DNA of 54,204 nucleotides, from NCBI GenBank assembly GCA_018304505.1, contig JAGVWA010000014.1, positions 1 to 54,204 of the forward strand, given 5' to 3'. A program made the translations under genes and the position numbers. The notes under the pieces were generated by a model. The model was not told the DNA's origin. It saw nothing but the letters and a program-made list of their open reading frames with translations, and did not search any database. The stretch is from Nanobdellati archaeon (lineage in GTDB: Archaea > B1Sed10-29 > JAGVWA01). This document shows, piece after piece, positions 1 to 9,492 of the stretch (positions are counted from its first letter, which is position 1; each line of letters starts with the position of its first letter).

Positions 1-2034
1 TTCAGTAGCAGCAGTGGCGCTTGGCGTCAGTGTCAAGTCTCCGGCGCCGGTGTTTGTGAAATTCACTGACACTATTGAGGACGTGTTGCCCTTGTGCACA
101 TAACCAAAGTCGATCCATGAAACGTTTGTTGACACGTTCGAGTTTGAGTTGTACGATATGTTGATGTTCGCAGTCACGGGTACAGAAGCCAATGTATACG
201 GGTGCACTTCAATTATGTACTCGCCCTGCAGCACGTCTGTTATTGTGATGGTTTCTGGGCTTGTGGTGCTTGACGTGGTTGCAGACTGCAGGTTCTTCAG
301 CGGGTCGTACACAAAGAAGTCGATGTCATGCGAGCCTGTCCAGGACACGTTGAACTGTATGCTGTCGTACTGTTGCGTCACGTTGATGCGGTAGAACTGC
401 CAGTCGCCAGGGTTCGCAGTTCTGCTTGTACAGTAGTCGCCATCAGAGAAGCAGTAGTTGGTCATGCACGCAATGGTGCTTGTCGTTGTCGTTATCCTGA
501 GCACTATTGGCACCTTGATGGTGTTGTTTGAATTGATGTACATGTAGCCGTCGTAGATTCCAGAGTCCACACCGTTAGGAACTGTTACATTTACTTGAAT
601 GTCGCGCGATGTGTTTGCAGTCAGCGAGAAGGATGAGTTGTCTAAGCTTATGTTACCGCTATCGATTGTTTGTGAAGTGGTCAGGTTTGAGAAACTCACG
701 GCATAGGCGCGTGTTTCTGACATGTTATTCGTCAATGTTACGTTGATGCTTGACGTGTCGAGGAATTGGAGGAAGGTCTTGTCGACACTCACTAGGTTGT
801 TGATTGCAGCGCTAGCATTCAAGAGCCCGTTGCCGATTTGATGCGGATCGCCGCTGATGTTGTCAGTGTTTGACAGGATGGCTCTGCGGATTTGTTCGGG
901 TGTCCATGTTGGATGCGCGTGCTTTACCAGGGCCGCGACGCCAGAAACAAATGGCGCTGAAAAGCTGGTGCCTGAATTGCGAATGTACCCACTGCTCAAC
1001 GTCGTGGTGTTAATCAACACGCCCGGTGCCATTATGTCTGGTTTGATTCTGCCGTCGCTCGTGGGGCCGTTGCTACTGAAGCTCGCTATGCTGTTTGATG
1101 AATCTACCGCTCCGACAGTTATTGCCCCTGCACTGGTTCCGGGGGTTCCAGTGTCACCGATTTCATCTCCGTTGTTGCCGGAAGACACAACCACCACAGC
1201 GTTTTTAGACGCAGCCTCTACGGTTTTTGCCATTATGTTGTCTTTGTTGTGGGGTATTGGTGTTGCGCCGAGGCTCAGCGAGAGCACATGCGCTCCATTG
1301 TCAATCGCATGGTCTATTGCCCGTATGATCATTGATGTTGTTGCTCCGCTGCCAGCTGAACTAAATACTTTCAGTGCCATTATGGTTGCTCCAGGGGCGG
1401 TGCCGTTTATGCCTCCACGTGCCGCCACTACGCCTGCTGTTTGGGTTCCGTGGCCGTGCCCATCGGTCGGGTCACTGTCATCATCGAAGAAATCGTATGA
1501 CGCTGAGAGATTGAGATTCGCGCTCAGGTCTGGATGGTCTGTCTGGATGCCCGTGTCAATAACAGCAACAATAACCCCTGAGCCGTTGATGCTGCCGCCG
1601 TTGAACGTTGGATTTGTAGCACCTATCTGCCCGATGGAGGTCTGCAAGTCAGGGGTGTATTGCGTCTGGTTTCCATCATCTTCAAATGGGTCGAGGTAAT
1701 ACGTTCTGTCGTAATGCACTCGTTTTATCAGGGGGTTGTTTTCAAGCGCGACTATTGCCCGCGAGTCCAGTTTTCCAGAAATCGCGTCAACAATTCCAAG
1801 CTCGCGTTCTTTCGAGACGCCCTGTACATTGATGGAGTTTTTCAGGCCTGGGAATCCAAGGTCCTCACGGAACTCGATAATTACAGGCACTTGCGTCAGG
1901 CTTTGCGGTGAGTATTGCCAAGCTAATGGTTCTGAGAGTTTTTCAAGCACCAGGCTATCGATTTTCGATGCGCTCGCCGTTGGCGCAATGAGTGTGATTA
2001 GCAAAATAATCGGTGCTATACGGGTCCAATCCAT
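1..2034 (-). CDS. Secreted S8 (subtilisin-like) serine protease, runs off the window start
   Basis: Absent from the ORF track because there is no stop in the window. Minus strand reads signal peptide MDWTRIAPIILLITLIAPTASA and catalytic motifs VAVIDTG, GHGHGT and GTSFSAPFVSG, then Thr/Asn-rich beta domains. Confidence 0.9.
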   Translation of the reverse strand, partial: MDWTRIAPIILLITLIAPTASASKIDSLVLEKLSEPLAWQYSPQSLTQVPVIIEFREDLGFPGLKNSINVQGVSKERELGIVDAISGKLDSRAIVALENNPLIKRVHYDRTYYLDPFEDDGNQTQYTPDLQTSIGQIGATNPTFNGGSINGSGVIVAVIDTGIQTDHPDLSANLNLSASYDFFDDDSDPTDGHGHGTQTAGVVAARGGINGTAPGATIMALKVFSSAGSGATTSMIIRAIDHAIDNGAHVLSLSLGATPIPHNKDNIMAKTVEAASKNAVVVVSSGNNGDEIGDTGTPGTSAGAITVGAVDSSNSIASFSSNGPTSDGRIKPDIMAPGVLINTTTLSSGYIRNSGTSFSAPFVSGVAALVKHAHPTWTPEQIRRAILSNTDNISGDPHQIGNGLLNASAAINNLVSVDKTFLQFLDTSSINVTLTNNMSETRAYAVSFSNLTTSQTIDSGNISLDNSSFSLTANTSRDIQVNVTVPNGVDSGIYDGYMYINSNNTIKVPIVLRITTTTSTIACMTNYCFSDGDYCTSRTANPGDWQFYRINVTQQYDSIQFNVSWTGSHDIDFFVYDPLKNLQSATTSSTTSPETITITDVLQGEYIIEVHPYTLASVPVTANINISYNSNSNVSTNVSWIDFGYVHKGNTSSIVSVNFTNTGAGDLTLTPSATAATE

Positions 2035-2402
2035 GGCAGTGTCACGCTTATTGTATCATTTTTTGTAACATTATATATGAGTATTTCAGTGCCGATCACG
2101 GTGGATCTTGCAGATTTTACTTCAAGTTCGTAAATCCCATTTTCGAGCTGCGTAGACGCTGTTCCGTTTGTCACGGGCAGCTCTGTAATGGTCTCCCCCG
2201 CCCTGCTGATTTTCACACTGCAGTCCTCACACAAATAATCCCCGACGCGTGTAAAGTCGCTTGCGATGTCGCCAAATGTGTAGCTCACGTGGAGCTCAAT
2301 TGTTGAAACGCTCCCTGGGGTTTGTGCTGTTTTTGGCATAAGGGCCACGATGGCTGTTGTTGCAATAACAATCACAATCGAGGCAATCAGCACATTTTTC
2401 AT
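2016..2402 (-). CDS. Membrane-anchored hypothetical protein (beta-sandwich-like)
   Basis: N-terminal hydrophobic helix MKNVLIASIVIVIATTAIVALM; overlaps the protease start, so probably the same operon. Confidence 0.7.
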   Translation of the reverse strand: MKNVLIASIVIVIATTAIVALMPKTAQTPGSVSTIELHVSYTFGDIASDFTRVGDYLCEDCSVKISRAGETITELPVTNGTASTQLENGIYELEVKSARSTVIGTEILIYNVTKNDTISVTLPWIGPV

Positions 2403-2487
2403 GCTTAAACTAGGGTATTTGGGTATAAAAAAGCTTGTCATTGGGGGCATATTTAAAAGTAACGCCCACTTATTTTATACGAGGTTC

Positions 2488-5400
2488 ATGGTACGACTAG
2501 AGCGCCTTAAGCTGAAGAATTTCAAGAGCTTCAAGAACAGCATTATCCCAATATCAGAGGGCTACACAACAGTCATTGGGCCCAACGGTAGCGGCAAGTC
2601 TAATTTTCTCGACTCGATCTACTTCGCCCTCGGCAGCTCTAGCATGAAGAACATGCGCGTCAGCAAGCTCATGGACCTGGTTCACCCAGATTCCGATACG
2701 GCTGAAGTGTCATTGGAAATGCGGGACGGCGATGAACTCCACGCTATTTCGCGGACCATAGACAAGAACGGCAACTCAATTTTCCGGCTGAATAAGAAGC
2801 GGACGACGAAGTTCCACATCGAGGAACTGCTGAATAAACTGCATGTCCGGGCTGATGGGCACAACATCATAATGCAGGGGGACATAACCCGCGTTATCAA
2901 GATGACGCCGATGCAGCGCCGTGGTGTCATTGATGAAGTCTCGGGCATTGCGGAATACGAGGATAAAAAACAGGATTCTCTGCGGGAGTTGTCAAAGGTC
3001 GAGGCAAAGTTAAACGAGGCTAGCATCATAATGAGCGAGCGCAAAGGCTATCTTGCCGTTCTTGAAAAAGAGCGCCAAGAAGCCCAGGATTACACAAATG
3101 TAAAGCAGGACGTTAAGGCGCACAAAGCCTCGATTATCAAAAAGGAGCTTGAGTCTGCTGAAAAAGGCTACGACAAGGAACTTGAGGGGATATCCCAACT
3201 GCGGCTGGAGGTAGAGAAGATAATACGGAACAAGGACAACATATTGGGGGACATTTCAGGTTTGGAAAAGCAATATGATGAACTCAACAAGAGGATCATG
3301 CAGGAGTCTGACAAGCGGCAGATGGAAGCAAGAAAAGAAATCGAGGCACTGAATACCCAGGTTGGGATTCTGGAAAACAAGATGCAGGCGAGCAAGGAAT
3401 CGCTTGAGAAGAACCGCGAGAAGAAATCGCAGCTGCAAATCGAGGACTCACGGATAGGCAACGAGATCGATGCAAAGGAGCGCACTCTCCAGAAGAAAAT
3501 GTTTGAAGAGTCGGACCTGCAAAAGGAGACAGCGGAAGTGGCGCTTAAAATAAAAGAGCTTGAAGAAAAAACCGGAAACCTGGATCAACAAATGGAAAAG
3601 ATTTACAGCGAGATCGATAGGATAAATCAACAGGTCGAGGAAAAGAAGGAGAAGTTCCACAAGATCGATGCACTGATCAAATCAACGCGCGAAAGGTTGA
3701 ACCTGAAGCAGGCCTCACTGGATGAGCATGAGGGCGACACGAAAAAAGGACGGCAAAGGGAAGACGAAATCAGAAACAAAATCAATGAACTTGAGTTACA
3801 GGTGAAACAACTCAACAGCAACTTCCAGACAGAGGAGCGTGGGCTTGAAAAACTCTATGCGCGTGAAAAGGAAGTGCAGGGGCTTTATAAGACGTATTCG
3901 CAGGAGCTCGATAAGGCTAAGGAAGAGCTGTCCATGTTGAGGACGAGGGTGTCCAGCGCGCAGGCTGTCAGTGGGCTCAGCAGGGCCGTAGAAGAAGTCA
4001 CAGGAAACGCAAGCCTCAAGGGCATCCTCGGCACAGTCGCTGACCTTGTTTCATACAAGGATGAGTACGCCCACGCGATCGAGGCAGCAGCGGGCAACAG
4101 GATGTTTTATATAGTAACAGAAACAGCGCAAGACGCAACCAACGCAGTGAAGTTCCTGAAGCAGGAAAAAATCGGCAGGGCCACGTTTCTGCCGCTGGAC
4201 AAAATCAGGCCCCCTAACGACGTAAAGGAGGCTAAGGAAGCGCGATCAGCAAAAGGGGTTATAGATTACGCAATCAACTTGGTCACCTTCAACCCCCTCA
4301 TCAGCGAGGCCATGAAGTACGTGTTCTCTGATACGTTAGTGATAAGCAACATCGATGACGCTAAGGCCATCGGCATAGGAAAGGCCAGAATGGCCACGCT
4401 TGATGGCGATCTTGTAGAAGCGTCAGGTGTAATTACAGGCGGCTCGGCAAAGAAAACATCAACACTGGCGGATGCAAAGCGCCTTGATTCCATAAAGAAG
4501 ACGACGCAGGAGCTGGAGCAAAACAAGCAAGCAATAACCCAAGAATTGGAAAAGCTCAGAAGCGACATGGATACCGTACGGGATGAGAAGATTAACTACG
4601 AGCTCGAATTAAAGGAACACCAAATAATGCTTAAGGAATGGCAAAACAAGCTCAAGGATTATGAATCAGAATCGCAGCAGGACGGAAAGAAAATCAGTTC
4701 AGTTGAAAAGGAGTTGCAGGGCCTTGAAAAACTGATAGCGCAAAAAACGCAAGAAGCCACTGAAGCCGAAAATGAAATATCTGCACTGCTTCAGAAGCGC
4801 CATGAGATAAAGGAAAAAATAAGCTCGCCACAGTCGGTTGAGCTCAATGAGGAAATAAAGAAGCTCAAAAGATCACTCGAGGTGCTGCGAGAAAATCACT
4901 CAAAGGCACGGGTAGAGGTAAGCACATTGAAAGCTGAAATCGAGAGCGTTCTCTTAGTGAATCGAAAAAACCTGGCAAAGGGGATCAAGGAAATCGAGCA
5001 ATCGTCAACTGACATCAACAAGAAGATAGGAGAAATAACGCAAGAGAGGAACAAGCTGATTGGATTTGTCAAGGAAAAAGAGGAGAAGGCGCGTGAACTG
5101 GCTTCATCAATGAATGACTTGTACGAGGCCCGAACAGAGCTTGAGGACAAGCGCAGGGGAATGATTGAACACACCGGAGAACTTGACAGGGAAAAAGACC
5201 GCTTGAAAGAGCAGGTGTCTGAACGAGAGCTGAGCAAGGCGAAAATCGAGATAAGGCTCACTGACCTGAAGGTAGAATGGGAAAGATATAAGGAAGTTGA
5301 AGTGCTCGACAAGGGCATCAGGGCACTGAAAGAGGACTTGCAGCTGCTGGAGCAAAAGCTCGAAGGCTTTGGAAACGTAAACCTGAAAGCCATAGAGATG

Positions 5401-6021
5401 TACGATCAGTACAGCAAGGAACTCAAGGAAATGCAGACAAAAGGGGAGAAACTCATGACGGAGAAAGACGCCATAATGAACATGATAATGGAAATCGAGG
5501 ACAAGAAGATCCACGCATTCATCGAAACCTTTAACGCCATCAACGAAAACTTTGATAAGTACTTCAAGGAGTTCTACCCCGAACAGGGCTCCTACGGCAT
5601 GCTGAAACTCGAGAGCCAGGAAAAACCGCTAGAGTCCGGCCTATTGTTGGAGGCAAAGCCTGCACACAAGCACCTGCGAACAATAGACGCAATGAGCGGC
5701 GGGGAGAAAACCATAACTGCTATCGCGTTCCTGTTCGCGATACAGGCGTACAAGCCAAGCCCGTTCTACATTCTTGACGAGATCGACGCAGCCCTTGACC
5801 AGGCCAACTCCATTCGTGTGGCCAACATGCTCAAAAAGTTCGCAAACGAAATGCAGTTCATAATAGTGACGCACAATAAGCAAGTCACAAGGGAATCAGA
5901 TCAAATAATCGGCATACACATGAACAAGGAAGGTTCCTCAGTTGTTGAGATCGACATGAAGAGCATTGCAGGCGCGGCAAACGCTGCTGTCGTGAATGTT
6001 GAGAAGGCGGCGGCAGTCTGA
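2488..6021 (+). CDS. smc: Chromosome segregation protein SMC
   Basis: Walker A GPNGSGKSN, long coiled coils, hinge (GRATFLPL), signature MSGGEK, Walker B YILDEIDAALD; start moved to MVRLERL. Confidence 0.97.
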   Translation: MVRLERLKLKNFKSFKNSIIPISEGYTTVIGPNGSGKSNFLDSIYFALGSSSMKNMRVSKLMDLVHPDSDTAEVSLEMRDGDELHAISRTIDKNGNSIFRLNKKRTTKFHIEELLNKLHVRADGHNIIMQGDITRVIKMTPMQRRGVIDEVSGIAEYEDKKQDSLRELSKVEAKLNEASIIMSERKGYLAVLEKERQEAQDYTNVKQDVKAHKASIIKKELESAEKGYDKELEGISQLRLEVEKIIRNKDNILGDISGLEKQYDELNKRIMQESDKRQMEARKEIEALNTQVGILENKMQASKESLEKNREKKSQLQIEDSRIGNEIDAKERTLQKKMFEESDLQKETAEVALKIKELEEKTGNLDQQMEKIYSEIDRINQQVEEKKEKFHKIDALIKSTRERLNLKQASLDEHEGDTKKGRQREDEIRNKINELELQVKQLNSNFQTEERGLEKLYAREKEVQGLYKTYSQELDKAKEELSMLRTRVSSAQAVSGLSRAVEEVTGNASLKGILGTVADLVSYKDEYAHAIEAAAGNRMFYIVTETAQDATNAVKFLKQEKIGRATFLPLDKIRPPNDVKEAKEARSAKGVIDYAINLVTFNPLISEAMKYVFSDTLVISNIDDAKAIGIGKARMATLDGDLVEASGVITGGSAKKTSTLADAKRLDSIKKTTQELEQNKQAITQELEKLRSDMDTVRDEKINYELELKEHQIMLKEWQNKLKDYESESQQDGKKISSVEKELQGLEKLIAQKTQEATEAENEISALLQKRHEIKEKISSPQSVELNEEIKKLKRSLEVLRENHSKARVEVSTLKAEIESVLLVNRKNLAKGIKEIEQSSTDINKKIGEITQERNKLIGFVKEKEEKARELASSMNDLYEARTELEDKRRGMIEHTGELDREKDRLKEQVSERELSKAKIEIRLTDLKVEWERYKEVEVLDKGIRALKEDLQLLEQKLEGFGNVNLKAIEMYDQYSKELKEMQTKGEKLMTEKDAIMNMIMEIEDKKIHAFIETFNAINENFDKYFKEFYPEQGSYGMLKLESQEKPLESGLLLEAKPAHKHLRTIDAMSGGEKTITAIAFLFAIQAYKPSPFYILDEIDAALDQANSIRVANMLKKFANEMQFIIVTHNKQVTRESDQIIGIHMNKEGSSVVEIDMKSIAGAANAAVVNVEKAAAV

Positions 6022-6056
6022 AGCCCAAAACGCCAAATGCTCTGTCAGGTGTACTA

Positions 6057-6617
6057 TTAGGCTTTTGGGGCGCTGATTTTGCTTATAATGTCGTGGACCT
6101 GCTGGACGTCCCCAGTAACGTAGTACGGCGCCCGCGCCTTCGTTTGTTTAATTAACCCGGAATTGCGGAGCTCTTTAAGAATATAGTAGTGGAAGTGCGC
6201 GTGTGACATTTTTTCTATCCTCATTGAGGCCTTTTCCAAATCTGTTGCACTGATATGGCCGTTTGCGTTCTTTACAAGGGTCTCCATGACAGCGTGGCGT
6301 CTTTTGTCCCTCGCCCATAAGACGGCCTTATCCCTGCCGAAATACTTATCAAGCTGCGAAAGCGTCTCTTTGTTGATGAATGGCACAATGATTCGCGGAT
6401 AGATGGTGTACCAGAAACCCGCAAACAGCACTACGGTTACGACGGCAATGTTGTAGCCCAAAAGCAGGCCCCGGTTGTACAATGGGGAGATGGTTTCCTG
6501 CTCGAACAAAAATGATAGGGGCGTTAAGTAGAATGACAGCGCCGTCAAAACTATGATCAGCGATGCCAGCGGCTCGTTTTTTATGAAGTCAACAACCTTT
6601 TTTTTCGAAAGCCGCAT
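6057..6617 (-). CDS. Hypothetical protein with two TM helices and a C-terminal winged-helix-like domain
   Basis: Two hydrophobic segments; C-terminal ISATDL...ILKELRNSGLI pattern; GGGGA RBS. Confidence 0.6.
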   Translation of the reverse strand: MRLSKKKVVDFIKNEPLASLIIVLTALSFYLTPLSFLFEQETISPLYNRGLLLGYNIAVVTVVLFAGFWYTIYPRIIVPFINKETLSQLDKYFGRDKAVLWARDKRRHAVMETLVKNANGHISATDLEKASMRIEKMSHAHFHYYILKELRNSGLIKQTKARAPYYVTGDVQQVHDIISKISAPKA

Positions 6618-6828
6618 GTGATCCCCCAAACAGGGGTATGTATTACACTGTGGGGTATATAACAATTGCGCTCGAGCAATCGCGCTTGTTTAATGTAAGT
6701 TTAGTTGATGTTTAAATTCCCGAGGCGTATTAGCGAAAGCGCTTTATATACAGGGGTGCATAAGTATATTGCTCATATACTACACCTCCAAACACCAATT
6801 TTTTCTTTTTTTTGTTTCCAGTGGGGCT

Positions 6829-7443
6829 TTATTGCTCGCGCTCCTCTCGTTCTTCTACCAGGTCTATTAGGAAGGCCTTCAAGGCCTCGCTTTTAAGAAT
6901 TGTTCCGTAGAGCAGCATTTCTTCTTTTGACATGGCGCTTTCAAGCACAGCGTTTCGGGCTTCCTGCGAGACCCCGCCGCGCGCTTCAAGCTCTGCAATT
7001 CGTCTGTTGGCCTCAGCGATCTTGTCTGCGATATGTATTGCCTTGTCGTACTGGTTAATGCGCACCTCTGCGTTTTTGATGCGACGCCTAGCATCATTGA
7101 GGTAAGGCGTTAACCCCTTCCCAGCAGCCTCCCGGGTTGCGATCGTCTGCAACACAGATTCGCCAATCTCCGCTTGAACAGCGTTTACGTCAATGCCTTT
7201 TTTCGCCAGCTCTGCTAGCTCCCGCTGCGCTTGTTCTACAGTAATTTGGCCCTGGGATAATCTTTCAGCAAAACGTGAAGCTGTTGCCCTCAATTCACGC
7301 AAAGCGAGCTGGTTTGCCAGCAATTTTTCGCGGGCTTCTGCCGCTTGTGCCTGCATGCCCTCGGATTTTTCAGCACGTACTGTTGTATCGCGCATCGCCT
7401 TTTCTCGGATAGCCTTCAAACGCCGTGCTGCTTCTACGTCCAT
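6829..7443 (-). CDS. Hypothetical coiled-coil protein
   Basis: Ala/Glu/Arg-rich heptad pattern; TATA-like TTTATATA about 25 nt upstream. Confidence 0.7.
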   Translation of the reverse strand: MDVEAARRLKAIREKAMRDTTVRAEKSEGMQAQAAEAREKLLANQLALRELRATASRFAERLSQGQITVEQAQRELAELAKKGIDVNAVQAEIGESVLQTIATREAAGKGLTPYLNDARRRIKNAEVRINQYDKAIHIADKIAEANRRIAELEARGGVSQEARNAVLESAMSKEEMLLYGTILKSEALKAFLIDLVEEREEREQ

Positions 7444-7484
7444 ATATATTTTACACACTCTCTGTATATAAACATAAGTCAGTT

Positions 7485-8510
7485 TCAGTTTCCGATGTAT
7501 CTTGAATAGAGGCTCTTGGCCTTGCTTTCGTCATTGGTTCCTTGGATGATGCACCGGCCATTGTTGAATAAGTTGAACGTGTATGGCTTTTTCCTAAACC
7601 GCAGCAGAAACATGTTTGAGTTTAACAGTTCAATGCCCGACCCAGAATCCGTTTTTTTGATTTTCTCTTCAAGGGCCTTGACGTCTACTGCTTTTTCTGG
7701 CAAAATCTGGACGCTGTTTCTGCCGCAAAGCACCGTGGCCCTTTTCTGCTTGTCTTCAAGCCTGGAAAATTGGCGCTGTTTGCACACGCGGCATTGCGGG
7801 TTTTGCTTCATTTTAGAAACGGTAAAGTCATTGATTGACAGGTTAAACGACAGCAGCTGCCCGGATTTTTTCCCACCCGTCAGGCATTTCATGGCTTCAG
7901 AGACCTGCAAAGACGCTGCTGTTGACACGGCTTCACTGGAAACACCGGAAATGTCGCATGTCTCTGGCCGCCTTGGGGGGTTCCTGAAAACGCACTGCAT
8001 GCAGATTTTGTCGTCAAACAGCGCTGCCATGCCCTGGTTTTTTATAACCGAGCCAAAGACGTATGGAATCGCGAGCTTTACACACGTCTCGTTAATAATG
8101 AGTCTGGTTTCGAAATTGTCAGTCCCGTCAATAACAAGGTCATGGCTGCTGATGATCTGCTCTGCGTTTTCTGTGTTAAAGTCCTCAACCATTTCATGAA
8201 CTTCGATGTATGGGCTGGCTTTTTTAGCTTCGATTGACAAAGCAATTGCCTTGGGCAGCCCGATTTGTGGTTCTGTGTACTGTTGCGTTGCCAGGTTCTC
8301 CGGCTCGACAAAGTCCCGGTCTACGAGCGTCAATTTTGGTATGCCGATTTTCGCCATCGCCAGGGCAGTGCTTGAGCCCAGCGATCCGCAGCCGATGATG
8401 CATACCTTGGATTTGAGGGCCTTGCTGAATCCTTTGCCCCAGAAGGTGTGCAGGCGGGCGTGTTTTTCCTGCGGTTGCTGCCCCGGTAATTGGGGGTGTT
8501 GTGGGTACAT
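7485..8510 (-). CDS. ThiF/MoeB (E1-like) adenylyltransferase with C-terminal extra domain
   Basis: GCGSLGS, DRDFVE..NL, DGTDN, CxxC pairs (CMQC, CRVC), TC motif. Confidence 0.93.
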   Translation of the reverse strand: MYPQHPQLPGQQPQEKHARLHTFWGKGFSKALKSKVCIIGCGSLGSSTALAMAKIGIPKLTLVDRDFVEPENLATQQYTEPQIGLPKAIALSIEAKKASPYIEVHEMVEDFNTENAEQIISSHDLVIDGTDNFETRLIINETCVKLAIPYVFGSVIKNQGMAALFDDKICMQCVFRNPPRRPETCDISGVSSEAVSTAASLQVSEAMKCLTGGKKSGQLLSFNLSINDFTVSKMKQNPQCRVCKQRQFSRLEDKQKRATVLCGRNSVQILPEKAVDVKALEEKIKKTDSGSGIELLNSNMFLLRFRKKPYTFNLFNNGRCIIQGTNDESKAKSLYSRYIGN

Positions 8511-8543
8511 TTATTAATAGTAATAGTTGCCCAATTTAAGGGT

Positions 8544-8843
8544 ATGTCTGACTTCTTTGTGATGAAGCCGTGCCAGAAGGCTACTGCTTTTGAGGTTGTT
8601 CCGCAAAAGCAAATGTCAGTGGATTTTGATAGCCTTGGCAAGGTCTTTGAAACCGTCATACGCATCGAAGGAATGATGATCCTCAACATCCAGGGGGTTC
8701 AGGCAACGGTTTATCCGCGGGGCAAGATCCTGATAAGGACTACTGACAGGGACAAGGCGGAGCAGGCCGTGAATTCTATCTATGAAATTGCCGTCAAGGA
8801 AGGATGGTTCAAAGAAGATTCAACTCGGGGGAGTGGGCAATGA
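8544..8843 (+). CDS. Small hypothetical protein resembling the C-terminal domain of the adjacent ThiF protein (TBP-like fold)
   Basis: C..A.EVVP...VD....TVYPRGKILI parallels ThiF C-terminal CGRNSVQILP..VD....NLFNNGRCII; ATGA overlap with thiI. Confidence 0.7.
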   Translation: MSDFFVMKPCQKATAFEVVPQKQMSVDFDSLGKVFETVIRIEGMMILNIQGVQATVYPRGKILIRTTDRDKAEQAVNSIYEIAVKEGWFKEDSTRGSGQ

Positions 8844-9454
8844 AGGGCGTAATGTTGTTGTCAGGAGGCATTGATTCCCCGGTTGCCATGCACCTCATTA
8901 GCAAGGTGCACGACATCGAGGCGCTGCATTTTTCCAATGGGGAATTTGCAGGCAAGGAGTCAGTAGACAAGTCAATACTGATAGCGAAAAAGCTTGGCCT
9001 AACCAGGTTGATGGTTATCGACATCGCGCACCTGCTTAAGGAGATCGCCACAAAGTGCTCAAGGAAATATTATTTTGTCTTGATGAAGCGGTTCATGCTG
9101 CGCATTGCCGAGAAAATCGCATTGCTGAATGAATGTGCGTTCATCTGCACAGGTGACAGCCTTGCCCAGGTGTCCAGCCAGACCATGAAGAACCTGGAGG
9201 TTGTCGATGCAGTCACACCAATGCCTGTGCTGAGGCCGCTTATTGGATATGACAAGGAAGAAATCATTTTGTTGGCCAAGGAAATCGGGACATTTGATTT
9301 GTCGAAAGGTCCGGAGATGTGTGACATACTTGGCCCAAAGCACCCTGCCACCAAGGCAAGGCTTGAGCATGTCATGGAAGAAGAGAAAAAGATCAATGTT
9401 GCGGCGCTTGTTGATAATGCAGTGGCGTCTGCGCGTTGGGCAGCAGTGCCATAA
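8840..9454 (+). CDS. thiI: ThiI-family sulfurtransferase, PP-loop domain only (no THUMP domain)
   Basis: LLSGGIDSPVA, TGDSLAQVSSQT, LRPLIGYDKEEI, IGTF. Confidence 0.88.
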   Translation: MKGVMLLSGGIDSPVAMHLISKVHDIEALHFSNGEFAGKESVDKSILIAKKLGLTRLMVIDIAHLLKEIATKCSRKYYFVLMKRFMLRIAEKIALLNECAFICTGDSLAQVSSQTMKNLEVVDAVTPMPVLRPLIGYDKEEIILLAKEIGTFDLSKGPEMCDILGPKHPATKARLEHVMEEEKKINVAALVDNAVASARWAAVP

Positions 9455-9492
9455 CAGAATGATTTTTATATGCCCACTGTTTCTTGTGCACA

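Noticed and set aside
857-2068. Plus-strand ORFs of 280, 110 and 83 aa
   Set aside because: Antisense shadows of the minus-strand S8 protease, which carries the catalytic motifs.
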